IMG/VR virus record: IMGVR_UViG_3300027566_000027
Location: 1 to 32,194 of that record
Reading direction: 5' to 3' (one strand)
Source: a virus
Lineage: Duplodnaviria > Caudoviricetes
DNA: 32,194 bases
Shown here: positions 9,740 through 16,979 of the stretch, piece after piece
Layout of the letters: each line of letters begins with the position of its first letter
How positions within the stretch are numbered: the first letter of the stretch is position 1
The notes under the pieces: model-generated
Seen by the model: the letters and a program-made list of their open reading frames with translations, nothing else
Databases searched by the model: none
What the model was told of the DNA's origin: nothing
Program-made: the position numbers and the translations under genes

Positions 9740-10912
9740 ATGGCTTATTTATCAGCTAGTAATATTACAGCCCATACGGTCAGAATCACGATAGCAGGTC
9801 TCTCTAATCCCGCCAATCAGTACGATCAATTTGTGGTGGTGGTTAACGGGGAGTATCATTATTGGACCAGTGTAAATACGAACAATAGCACGTACCACGA
9901 TATTAGTGGATTAGCCGCAGATTCATATTATACTGCGGATGGTGCGGCAACTTGGGCTGGGGTGCCATATTGGATGGATACGATCGGATTTACAACTGAT
10001 CCGTTACCACAATTAAGTACGCCATATTTGGATTCGTACGGATCAACCCCAACCGGTGTATCCATCTCAATTGCGCCCGTATCTCATGCTAACCGGTACT
10101 ATGCTACTTGTAATGGACAGACCCAATATAACAGTACCGGTGACTTCTCATGGAGCGGGTTGGTGCCAGATACACAGTATCAGGTTGAATATTATGCGGT
10201 GGATACGTACGGAAACTATTTAGATTCAGACCATGCATATGGTTATATTTCCACTGTAGACCCTACACCTGGTGTTCCTACTAACAACAGTAATACTCCA
10301 GGTAATGGTGAGGTTGATGTTACTTGGAACCGACCTGCTTCGTATACTTATTTGGATGGGTATAAATTCTGGCATAGACTTAGTGGCGGGACCTGGATAG
10401 AAGACAGCACTGTTTATAATACCAGTTCAACAATCAGTGCTAACTTCTCAGGGTTGACGAACGGTCTTGCATACGACTTCGCTTGTCAAGCTTTTGCGTA
10501 CGAAGGCGGAGAATACTTCTATTCGGGTCTTAGTGCGACTGTAACCGCAACTCCTGAGGATCTTAGACCTGATACGTTCGATTGGACGTATGCTAAGTGG
10601 ACGAGGGGAGATCCCTCTCCAACTTTAGGCGTGGAAAAGACGTTCGCGAACATTACTGAGATGTACGTAGCAGCGACTGAATGGAATGCCCTTATACAAA
10701 ATATTGTAGACGTCTGGGATTATAAAGGTTGGACCGACCCAGGATTAAATTTTGTATCTCAAGGTGGTAATATGCTACCTTCCCAATTTAATGCCGTTAA
10801 AAATGCTATAGGAGGGCATAACAGCACAGGTATATCTGATAAGACAGATAGTAGCAATATTATATGTACTGATTTTAATATTTTAAGAACTAAGTTAAAC
10901 GAGATCGTGTAA
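9740..10912 (+). CDS. Fibronectin type III repeat structural protein
   Basis: Three FN3-like units (ISGLAADSYY, WSGLVPDTQYQVEYYAVD, PGNGEVDVTW...FSGLTNGLAYDFACQA). Confidence 0.75.
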   Translation: MAYLSASNITAHTVRITIAGLSNPANQYDQFVVVVNGEYHYWTSVNTNNSTYHDISGLAADSYYTADGAATWAGVPYWMDTIGFTTDPLPQLSTPYLDSYGSTPTGVSISIAPVSHANRYYATCNGQTQYNSTGDFSWSGLVPDTQYQVEYYAVDTYGNYLDSDHAYGYISTVDPTPGVPTNNSNTPGNGEVDVTWNRPASYTYLDGYKFWHRLSGGTWIEDSTVYNTSSTISANFSGLTNGLAYDFACQAFAYEGGEYFYSGLSATVTATPEDLRPDTFDWTYAKWTRGDPSPTLGVEKTFANITEMYVAATEWNALIQNIVDVWDYKGWTDPGLNFVSQGGNMLPSQFNAVKNAIGGHNSTGISDKTDSSNIICTDFNILRTKLNEIV

Positions 10913-10936
10913 TTTTTATTGAGAGGGGAGTTGGGA

Positions 10937-11194
10937 ATGTCATCTTTTGAGGAGAGGACAGAAAATAAATTTAATGACCTTGATGGTAGAGTGAGGACTC
11001 TGGAAGTGAAGGACGCAAAAGACGATGGACGAATAGATTTATTATATGATAAAATGGATCAATTGGTAGAGACAATTGATAAATGGATGATATTTGCCCA
11101 GGCCTTATACTGGAAGGTGTTAGGGGCAGCGGGAGGATTAATTAGTATACTAGCTCTGTTCTTTGTCTGGTATATCCAGAGTTTGCCAAGGTAG
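10937..11194 (+). CDS. Coiled-coil + C-terminal TM protein (XhlA-like lysis-module membrane protein)
   Basis: GAGGGGAG RBS then ATG 10937; RVRTLE coiled coil followed by hydrophobic WKVLGAAGGLISILALFFVWYI. Confidence 0.65.
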   Translation: MSSFEERTENKFNDLDGRVRTLEVKDAKDDGRIDLLYDKMDQLVETIDKWMIFAQALYWKVLGAAGGLISILALFFVWYIQSLPR

Positions 11195-11203
11195 GTGATA
11201 CAT

Positions 11204-11491
11204 ATGTGGAAGGATCTCTTCTCAATCGATGAGAAGCGTACGTCTGCTATCATAAGCGGTTTTGCTATTATGCTCGTCGTTTATACCCTCCTAATATTTG
11301 TCACTGTCTTTACCCGTTTTATCGTCACTCAATATGTTTTGGATAGCATATCAAATATACTGGGAAGTTTAATATTTGGTATCGTCGGTGGTGGCGGGGT
11401 ACAGGCCTTAAAAAGTTATACCGATTACCGACAAAATATAAAGAATGTTGAAGCGACATCAACCTCAACAACTGAGGTAGGACCGCTTTAG
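11204..11491 (+). CDS. Putative holin (2 TM)
   Basis: AGGTGA RBS then ATG 11204; two hydrophobic helices; directly upstream of endolysin. Confidence 0.6.
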   Translation: MWKDLFSIDEKRTSAIISGFAIMLVVYTLLIFVTVFTRFIVTQYVLDSISNILGSLIFGIVGGGGVQALKSYTDYRQNIKNVEATSTSTTEVGPL

Positions 11492-11503
11492 AAAGGAGTA
11501 AAT

Positions 11504-12202
11504 ATGCTTACAATAAAACAAGATTTAGCCAATCCCACCAATTATAGAAAAGGTAGGACACGGCCGATCGAATATATCGTGTTTCACTATGACGCGAACA
11601 ACGGGGCTACGGACGAAAATAACGGGAATTATTTTGAAAATGATGCAAATCTAAATGCCTCGGCTAATTATTTCGTAGATGAGGACAGTGCGACTTGTAG
11701 TGTAAAAGATACAGATACTGCCTGGCATTGTGGAAGTGAGTCCGGACGTTATGTACATCCGGATTGTCGCAACGCAAATAGTTTAGGAATTGAGATCTGT
11801 AGTGAGCGAGATACTAACGGGAATTACTATTTTACCGAGGCTACGATCGCCAATGCTGTTGAGTTAGGCCGTATGAAGATGGCCGAACATGGGGTTGATA
11901 TAAATCATTGTTTGAGGCATTATGATGTAACCGGGAAGATATGTCCTGCCCCGTTCGTAAACGACGAAAGTAAATGGATAGACTTTAAAACTAGACTTAT
12001 GAAAAGGATGGGTGAAGAAATGCAAGTTGGAATGAATATTCAAGAGGTCAAGGTCGCTATGAATGGAAACCAAGTGGAAAAATCCACGGTTTTGAAAGTC
12101 GACGGACGCGACACTACGTATATACCCGCTGTGGCACTTAGAGCCGTCGGTATAAATGTAACGTGGGACGCGGCCAGTAACACTGTTGTTATTACTAAAT
12201 AA
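11504..12202 (+). CDS. Endolysin, N-acetylmuramoyl-L-alanine amidase (Amidase_2) with C-terminal cell-wall-binding-like domain
   Basis: YIVFHY...ASANYFVD...AWHCG...NANSLGIEIC...RHYDVTGKICP motifs; C-terminal DGRDTTYIPAVALRAVGINVTWDAASNTVVI resembles copper-amine-oxidase-N/stalk-like domain. Confidence 0.92.
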   Translation: MLTIKQDLANPTNYRKGRTRPIEYIVFHYDANNGATDENNGNYFENDANLNASANYFVDEDSATCSVKDTDTAWHCGSESGRYVHPDCRNANSLGIEICSERDTNGNYYFTEATIANAVELGRMKMAEHGVDINHCLRHYDVTGKICPAPFVNDESKWIDFKTRLMKRMGEEMQVGMNIQEVKVAMNGNQVEKSTVLKVDGRDTTYIPAVALRAVGINVTWDAASNTVVITK

Positions 12203-12212
12203 GGAGATAAAT

Positions 12213-12419
12213 ATGAGAAAAAAAATGAATCTTACATGGTTTTATGCCGCTGGCATCCGTGCGGTTAGAACCTTTGCACAAACAGCACTTGGTATGTTTA
12301 CTGTTGGAGCCGCTTTAAATGAAGTTCAATGGCCATATGTCCTCTCGGTATCTGCTGTATCGGGTATTTATTCGCTTCTTACCAGTTTTGCCACCGATTT
12401 ACCCGAAATAAACGAGTAA
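12213..12419 (+). CDS. Holin, phage r1t family
   Basis: AAGGAG RBS; WFYAAGIRAVRTFAQTA...LSVSAVSGIYSLLTS...LPE signature. Confidence 0.85.
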   Translation: MRKKMNLTWFYAAGIRAVRTFAQTALGMFTVGAALNEVQWPYVLSVSAVSGIYSLLTSFATDLPEINE

Positions 12420-12451
12420 AAACGGGCCTTATGGAAAAACGACGTTCTATA

Positions 12452-12545
12452 CGCCATTTTAAGGGGCCTCTATTTTCGTCCTAATCTTATTAGTCGTGAA
12501 AAAGACTAAAATTCAATGACGGGCGTTCTAGAGGCCTCTACGGCG
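12452..12545. other. Long nested inverted-repeat structure at late/early junction
   Basis: CGCC/GGCG, GGGGCCTCTA/TAGAGGCCTC, TTCGTC/GACGGG, TTAGTC/GACTAA nested pairings. Confidence 0.55.
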
Positions 12546-12589
12546 ATTTGCCTTATTTTTGACCATTTTTATGCTGTTTTTAGTGTGAA

Positions 12590-12618
12590 TCGCAAGAAAA
12601 ACATGCCTTATAATGAAA
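12590..12618 (+). promoter_or_regulatory. Repeated phage promoter copy 1
   Basis: TCGCAAGAAAAACATGCCTTATAATGAAA. Confidence 0.85.
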
Positions 12619-12638
12619 ATATTATAAGGAGGATTGTC

Positions 12639-12830
12639 ATGAATATAAATAAAGATCAATTAGAGAAAAGTAAGGAGATTATTAAAAAATATGTACCAAA
12701 AGTGCTTACCCCGGAGGGGATGAGAGTAATGGTGCTGAATGCAATAATCGGACCTAAAATCGCTAAATTGAGATTAGAAGGATATTCAGATGATGAAATC
12801 TTAAAAATGTTAGAAAATGAGGAAGCTTAG
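12639..12830 (+). CDS. Hypothetical protein (63 aa)
   Basis: AAGGAGG RBS then ATG 12639; own promoter and terminator. Confidence 0.75.
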   Translation: MNINKDQLEKSKEIIKKYVPKVLTPEGMRVMVLNAIIGPKIAKLRLEGYSDDEILKMLENEEA

Positions 12831-12844
12831 GCTTCTTCTTTTCT
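12819..12844 (+). terminator. Intrinsic terminator (GCTTAGGC core)
   Basis: GAGGAAGC TTAG GCTTCTTC TTTT. Confidence 0.75.
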
Positions 12845-12873
12845 TCGCGATAAAAACGCATGTTATAATAGAA
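12845..12873 (+). promoter_or_regulatory. Repeated phage promoter copy 2
   Basis: TCGCGATAAAAACGCATGTTATAATAGAA. Confidence 0.85.
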
Positions 12874-12901
12874 ATAATAAATTTTGAAAGGGGAAGGCGA
12901 A

Positions 12902-13189
12902 ATGATATTCACCAACAGAGACAAAAGAACAAATCTTGAGAAGGAGATTGATCGGGTTATAGACGAAATGTCTAAGTTAAAACCGGAGTCAAAAGAATAC
13001 TCGACCATGAGCGAAAATTTGGTAAAACTTAATACTTTAAAAGACACTGAAAAAAGTTGTAAAGTTAAACCAGATACAAAATGGCTTGTGGGTGGGAATT
13101 TGATTGGGCTTGGGCTTATACTGGGATATGAGAAAATAAACATCATAACCTCAAAAGCAATGGGATATTTAATCAAGGGGCGTGCGTAA
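12902..13189 (+). CDS. Conserved-looking small membrane-associated protein (95 aa)
   Basis: TTGAAAGGGG RBS; C-terminal PDTKWLVGGNLIGLGLILGYEKINIITSKAMG hydrophobic segment. Confidence 0.75.
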   Translation: MIFTNRDKRTNLEKEIDRVIDEMSKLKPESKEYSTMSENLVKLNTLKDTEKSCKVKPDTKWLVGGNLIGLGLILGYEKINIITSKAMGYLIKGRA

Positions 13190-13212
13190 CAGCGCGCCTT
13201 CTCTTTTTCTTT
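13175..13212 (+). terminator. Intrinsic terminator
   Basis: AAGGGGCGTGC GTAACA GCGCGCCTTCT followed by T-tract. Confidence 0.75.
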
Positions 13213-13241
13213 TCGCGAAATTTACACAGAGTATAATAGAA
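13213..13241 (+). promoter_or_regulatory. Repeated phage promoter copy 3
   Basis: TCGCGAAATTTACACAGAGTATAATAGAA. Confidence 0.85.
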
Positions 13242-13267
13242 GAAATTATTTGAAAGGAGTTTTTATA

Positions 13268-13372
13268 ATGAATAACGATGGAAAAATAGCATTAGTAATG
13301 ATGGGGGTTGCATTAACCGTTATCTGCGCAAGTACGGTATATTTCCAAAGGAAAATTAGTAAATCCTTTTAA
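13268..13372 (+). CDS. 34-aa single-TM peptide (not in ORF track)
   Basis: TTGAAAGGAG RBS; MNNDGKIALVMMGVALTVICASTVYFQRKISKSF; own promoter and terminator. Confidence 0.7.
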   Translation: MNNDGKIALVMMGVALTVICASTVYFQRKISKSF

Positions 13373-13384
13373 TGAACAAAACTA

Positions 13385-13413
13385 GAAGATTGAGGCTTAG
13401 GCCTCTTCTTTTC
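13385..13413 (+). terminator. Intrinsic terminator (GCTTAGGC core)
   Basis: GAGGC TTAG GCCTC TTCTTTT. Confidence 0.7.
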
Positions 13414-13417
13414 TCTC

Positions 13418-13446
13418 TCGCAAAAATAACACTCCCTATAATGAAA
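13418..13446 (+). promoter_or_regulatory. Repeated phage promoter copy 4
   Basis: TCGCAAAAATAACACTCCCTATAATGAAA. Confidence 0.85.
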
Positions 13447-13460
13447 GGAGATGAGTTATA

Positions 13461-13568
13461 ATGGTTTGTCCTCAATGCGAGAGGGAAATGTATTCTACAA
13501 GTACAGTTAAATCTATAAAAGATATAGCGTACTGCACAGAATGCAAAATAGTACTTAAAGAGGAATAA
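13461..13568 (+). CDS. 35-aa zinc-ribbon peptide (not in ORF track)
   Basis: AAAGGAG upstream; MVCPQCEREMYSTSTVKSIKDIAYCTECKIVLKEE with two CxxC. Confidence 0.7.
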   Translation: MVCPQCEREMYSTSTVKSIKDIAYCTECKIVLKEE

Positions 13569-13572
13569 TATC

Positions 13573-13599
13573 AGAGGGAAGCTTAGGCTTCCTTTCTTT
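13573..13599 (+). terminator. Intrinsic terminator (GCTTAGGC core)
   Basis: AGAGGGAAGC TTAG GCTTCCTTTC TTT. Confidence 0.75.
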
Positions 13600-13627
13600 C
13601 GCAGGATTTACAAATAGTATTTAAATT
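13599..13627 (+). promoter_or_regulatory. Repeated phage promoter copy 5 (degenerate -10)
   Basis: TCGCAGGATTTACAAATAGTATTTAAATT; TATTTA at the TATAAT position. Confidence 0.55.
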
Positions 13628-13645
13628 TTCTTGAAGGGAGATTCT

Positions 13646-13744
13646 ATGAAAATAGGAACAAAAAGTTTAATTCTGGCATCCGTTTGTTGTGTAACGGGCG
13701 TTGAATATTTCAAAAATATAGTGACTAATGGAATGGAGGTATAA
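13646..13744 (+). CDS. 32-aa small ORF (not in ORF track)
   Basis: TTGAAGGGAG RBS; MKIGTKSLILASVCCVTGVEYFKNIVTNGMEV. Confidence 0.5.
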   Translation: MKIGTKSLILASVCCVTGVEYFKNIVTNGMEV

Positions 13745-13746
13745 AA

Positions 13747-14130
13747 ATGGGCGAATACTCTGAATATATTAAACAAGATATTTCAAACATCAAAGATAGT
13801 GGGGAAAGACGTCAATTTGAGACTGGAGCAGTAAGAGATATCCAAGAAGGAAAAGGACGTTATGATTTGGTACCTTGGGAAGCAGTACATGAGTTAGCCT
13901 TACATTGCGAACAAGGAGCTATTAAATATGGTGAGCGTAACTGCGAGAAGGGTATACCTATACATAGCCTAATAGATAGCGCCATACGGCATTTGTCCTG
14001 TTACTTACGTGGGATGAAGGACGAGCCTCATTTAAGGGCGGCTATGTGGAACGTGGCCTACGCTATATGGACAGAGAAGAGACACCCAGAGATGCAAGAT
14101 ATACCTGTTAGGATGGAAGGAGTAGAGTAA
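13747..14130 (+). CDS. dATP/dGTP diphosphohydrolase-domain protein (DUF5664-like)
   Basis: KDSGERRQFETGAVRD...GKGRYDLVP...GAIKYGERNxEKGIP...DSAIRHL...HLRAAMWN pattern. Confidence 0.8.
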   Translation: MGEYSEYIKQDISNIKDSGERRQFETGAVRDIQEGKGRYDLVPWEAVHELALHCEQGAIKYGERNCEKGIPIHSLIDSAIRHLSCYLRGMKDEPHLRAAMWNVAYAIWTEKRHPEMQDIPVRMEGVE

Positions 14131-14546
14131 TGGGTAGAATAGACTGGGATAATTATTTCCTGGAGATAGCAAGAGTCGTATCTAAACGGTCTACTTGTCT
14201 ACGAAGGCAATATGGGGCAGTTATAGTTAAGGATAAACGAATCATATCAACTGGTTATAATGGAAGTCCCGTAGGAGAAGAAAATTGCTGCGATAAAGGA
14301 TATTGTGAGCGGGAAGAAAAGAATATTCCGGCGGGAGAAAGATATGAATTATGTCATGCCGTTCATGCCGAACAAAATGCAATCATCAATGCGAATCCAA
14401 TAGATATGTACGGAGCCACTATTTATATTGTAGGAACTAATGTAAAAGACGGATCAGAGGCTAGCGGTAAACCTTGCTTGTTGTGTAGCCGTATGATTAA
14501 AAATGCTAAAATTGCTTATGTGAAAAGAGATAAAAATAATGACTAG
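14130..14546 (+). CDS. dCMP deaminase (ComEB/deoxycytidylate deaminase family)
   Basis: WDNYFLEIA...RSTCLRRQYGAVIVKD...STGYNG...VHAEQNAI...PCLLC Zn-deaminase motifs. Confidence 0.92.
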   Translation: MGRIDWDNYFLEIARVVSKRSTCLRRQYGAVIVKDKRIISTGYNGSPVGEENCCDKGYCEREEKNIPAGERYELCHAVHAEQNAIINANPIDMYGATIYIVGTNVKDGSEASGKPCLLCSRMIKNAKIAYVKRDKNND

Positions 14547-14808
14547 GAACGAAATATTAGAAACGGCCAATACTTATATTTGTGGTGATCGTGAGGCAGA
14601 TTATGGAACACCCGAAGAAAATTTCACAGCTATTGCTAAGTTATGGAGCTGTTGGTTGGACATAGAAATATCGGCCCATGACGTGGCAATCATGATGACT
14701 TTGCTCAAGATAGGGAGATTACAAACCGGAGCTCCTAAAGAGGATACGTACGTAGACGCCTGTGGATATTTAGCATGTGGCGCGGAGATAGTGCTGAAAA
14801 GCAAATAA
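14539..14808 (+). CDS. DUF6378-like phage protein
   Basis: DREADYGTPEENFTAIAKLWS...DVAIMMTLLKIGR...DTYVDACGY pattern. Confidence 0.8.
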   Translation: MTRNEILETANTYICGDREADYGTPEENFTAIAKLWSCWLDIEISAHDVAIMMTLLKIGRLQTGAPKEDTYVDACGYLACGAEIVLKSK

Positions 14809-14824
14809 GAAAGGAAGTGAAATT

Positions 14825-15007
14825 ATGAGTGTCCCATTACCAGATTATCAAGATGAGGTAAAAAATATAAATAATGAGACTACTGGAGTAGTTATTGCTG
14901 TCTACATAAAAAATGGTGTGAAATACTTTGACGTACGTACAGATGAGCATATATATTATGAAACCCCTGCTTCAAATTGGACAGTTGTATTAAAGGTTAA
15001 TGAATGA
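14825..15007 (+). CDS. Hypothetical protein (60 aa, SH3-like small beta fold possible)
   Basis: AAAGGAAGTG RBS; ends before terminator. Confidence 0.65.
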   Translation: MSVPLPDYQDEVKNINNETTGVVIAVYIKNGVKYFDVRTDEHIYYETPASNWTVVLKVNE

Positions 15008-15014
15008 TTTATTT

Positions 15015-15042
15015 AGAGGCTTAAACATAGCCTCTCCTTTTT
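15015..15042 (+). terminator. Intrinsic terminator
   Basis: AGAGGCT TAAACAT AGCCTCT CCTTTTT. Confidence 0.7.
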
Positions 15043-15070
15043 CGTAAGAAAAACGCATGTCATAATAGAA
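15042..15070 (+). promoter_or_regulatory. Repeated phage promoter copy 6
   Basis: TCGTAAGAAAAACGCATGTCATAATAGAA. Confidence 0.75.
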
Positions 15071-15098
15071 ATAATAAATTTTGAAAGGAAAATGTTTT

Positions 15099-15365
15099 AT
15101 GAAAACTAAAGAGAGTATTAGTAATTTTGTTAAGGAAAACAAAAAGATCATTATTACTTTAGGAGGAACTATATTAATATCGGCTATTACTGGGCGCTTT
15201 ATCTATAGAAAAGGATTTAGTAAAGGTGCAGAAATAGCGGCTATAGTTAGTTTCGAGGAGACAATAAAATGGTTTGATAGGGAAATACCTGGAAATGAAT
15301 TAATGGCTCTTTGGTTAAAATGGGCTAAGGAACATCCAGACAAAATAAAAACAATTAATTTCTAG
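15099..15365 (+). CDS. Single-TM protein, paralog of 16146-16400
   Basis: TTGAAAGGAA RBS then ATG 15099; shares TIKWFD...LWLxWxKExPDKIxTI. Confidence 0.75.
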   Translation: MKTKESISNFVKENKKIIITLGGTILISAITGRFIYRKGFSKGAEIAAIVSFEETIKWFDREIPGNELMALWLKWAKEHPDKIKTINF

Positions 15366-15389
15366 AGAGAGCCTAAGCTCCCTCTTTTT
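15364..15389 (+). terminator. Intrinsic terminator (inverted GCTTAGGC core)
   Basis: AGAGAGAGC CTAA GCTCCCTCT TTTT. Confidence 0.7.
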
Positions 15390-15417
15390 CGCGAGATTTA
15401 CACATGGTATAATGAAA
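15389..15417 (+). promoter_or_regulatory. Repeated phage promoter copy 7
   Basis: TCGCGAGATTTACACATGGTATAATGAAA. Confidence 0.85.
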
Positions 15418-15480
15418 GGGTGATAGCTTGGTTAGACGAGCGATACAGATTGAAAATTAGTAGATCGTAGTCATCCTTTT
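15415..15480 (+). ncRNA. Putative tRNA-like small RNA 1 (D-arm + anticodon-like arm, no T arm)
   Basis: Closing stem AAAGGGTGAT/GTCATCCTTT; TA-GCTT GGTTAGAC GAGC; ACAGA TTGAAAA TTAGT; AGATC; directly after promoter, no RBS/ORF. Confidence 0.5.
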
Positions 15481-15689
15481 ATTATATTTTTGAAAGGGGT
15501 TGTTCGTTATGTAAGGCATGCGTATTGGCCTAAGACAATTACATAAAAAATTTTAAGCACTATATGTATGGTACCAAAAAAACAACATTCTCTCATAATT
15601 TATTGAAGTATTGTTTCTGCCACTACGATAACGGTGGTGGCAGAGCCGGTTACTTAATAACAATTAATTTTGAAAGGGGACTTAACACC

Positions 15690-16130
15690 ATGAATCTAAG
15701 AGTTATATTAGACTGTCGAATTGAGGAACTAGAAAATAAGAGGGAACATCATCTTAGTGAAATGCGCAATTTGAAGGAGGAGGTCGCCCGTTGTTCCGCT
15801 AAAATAGAGGAACTTAAGAATGTACAAAACCTCATTGAAAAAACATCTAAAGAAGAGAAAAAGAATACCATCCAAGAAAACATCAAAAAAAATACACTCA
15901 AGAATATCCTAACAGATACGGATGACGCCAAACGTTTTAATATTTTTCAAGATTTTACGGCCAAATGTGGGGGAGAAAGAAACTATATGAAGTGCCGTGT
16001 GAAGATGCCTAAATTAGAATCTGTTATTCACCGTAAAAATCGTCTGTGGCGTAGTTGGAAGGAATTCTTGGAGGATTACGATATGTGTACAAAACGCGAA
16101 GGACGCTGGTCGAATATATTAGTTAAATAA
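15690..16130 (+). CDS. Coiled-coil hypothetical protein
   Basis: TTTGAAAGGGG RBS then ATG 15690; heptad-rich N-terminus. Confidence 0.65.
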   Translation: MNLRVILDCRIEELENKREHHLSEMRNLKEEVARCSAKIEELKNVQNLIEKTSKEEKKNTIQENIKKNTLKNILTDTDDAKRFNIFQDFTAKCGGERNYMKCRVKMPKLESVIHRKNRLWRSWKEFLEDYDMCTKREGRWSNILVK

Positions 16131-16145
16131 AAAGGAGGGTTTATA

Positions 16146-16400
16146 ATGTTTGAAAAGGGAACGAAATTCGTTGACAAACACAAAGGAATAATTGTTCTGG
16201 GAGGCGTCGTGGTTGCTGTGGTCACGTATAACCGCTATGTACGGCATATGCAAAAGGTGGCTTTTAATAAAGGCGTCATAGCCGGGTTTAACAGGACAAT
16301 TAAATGGTTCGACACTCGACATCCCACCTTGAATTTGGAAGGTCTTTGGTTGGATTGGGTAAAAGAGAATCCCGATAAGATAGTCACCATTACACTTTAA
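16146..16400 (+). CDS. Single-TM protein, paralog of 15099-15365
   Basis: AAGGAGG RBS; GIIVLGGVVVAVV TM. Confidence 0.75.
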   Translation: MFEKGTKFVDKHKGIIVLGGVVVAVVTYNRYVRHMQKVAFNKGVIAGFNRTIKWFDTRHPTLNLEGLWLDWVKENPDKIVTITL

Positions 16401-16426
16401 AGTAAATTTTGAAAGGAGAATAATGC

Positions 16427-16948
16427 ATGAACACCACCCAAAAATTAAGTATTGTAGGAATCTCTTTAGGTTTAATCAGTATTGGTTATAGTTTCTATAA
16501 TCAAGCAAAACTCGAGAGAACCCTGATTAACAAGATGGCAGACGGAATCACTCTTGATATTTCAGACACCATGATGAACGAGGCCGTTAATGTTGCAGTT
16601 GAAAAGGAAGTCGCAAAAGCCGTAAAAAATATCTCTAGGGAAATAAGTTATACCGCCCGTACGGATATTCACAATGCAGTTAAAGCAGAGGTTGATTTAG
16701 CTCAGTCTAGTATCGTGTCTTCTGTTTCGGACGAAATAGCGGAACAAGTAGCTGATATTGACCTTAGAAAACTAAAAGAGGAAGTCCGAGAGAAAGCTAA
16801 AGAAATGGTTGTTGCGAAATTTGATGATAACCTGGATTCCATTTTGGACGACTTTAAAGAAAGACTCTCGAGCATTTCAAAAATATATGGGTCTATCGCC
16901 GATGGTATCACCAAGAAATCTGAAACCGTCTTTAAAATAGGGGTTTAA
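16427..16948 (+). CDS. N-terminally anchored helical/coiled-coil protein
   Basis: TTGAAAGGAG RBS; TM at aa 7-24. Confidence 0.75.
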   Translation: MNTTQKLSIVGISLGLISIGYSFYNQAKLERTLINKMADGITLDISDTMMNEAVNVAVEKEVAKAVKNISREISYTARTDIHNAVKAEVDLAQSSIVSSVSDEIAEQVADIDLRKLKEEVREKAKEMVVAKFDDNLDSILDDFKERLSSISKIYGSIADGITKKSETVFKIGV

Positions 16949-16950
16949 AT

Positions 16951-16979
16951 TCGCGAAATTTACACACTGTATAATGAAA
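16951..16979 (+). promoter_or_regulatory. Repeated phage promoter copy 8
   Basis: TCGCGAAATTTACACACTGTATAATGAAA. Confidence 0.85.

Noticed and set aside
13747-14130. Z-genome (2-aminoadenine) pathway
   Set aside because: No PurZ or DatZ-like HD phosphohydrolase gene in the window; the domain alone is insufficient.
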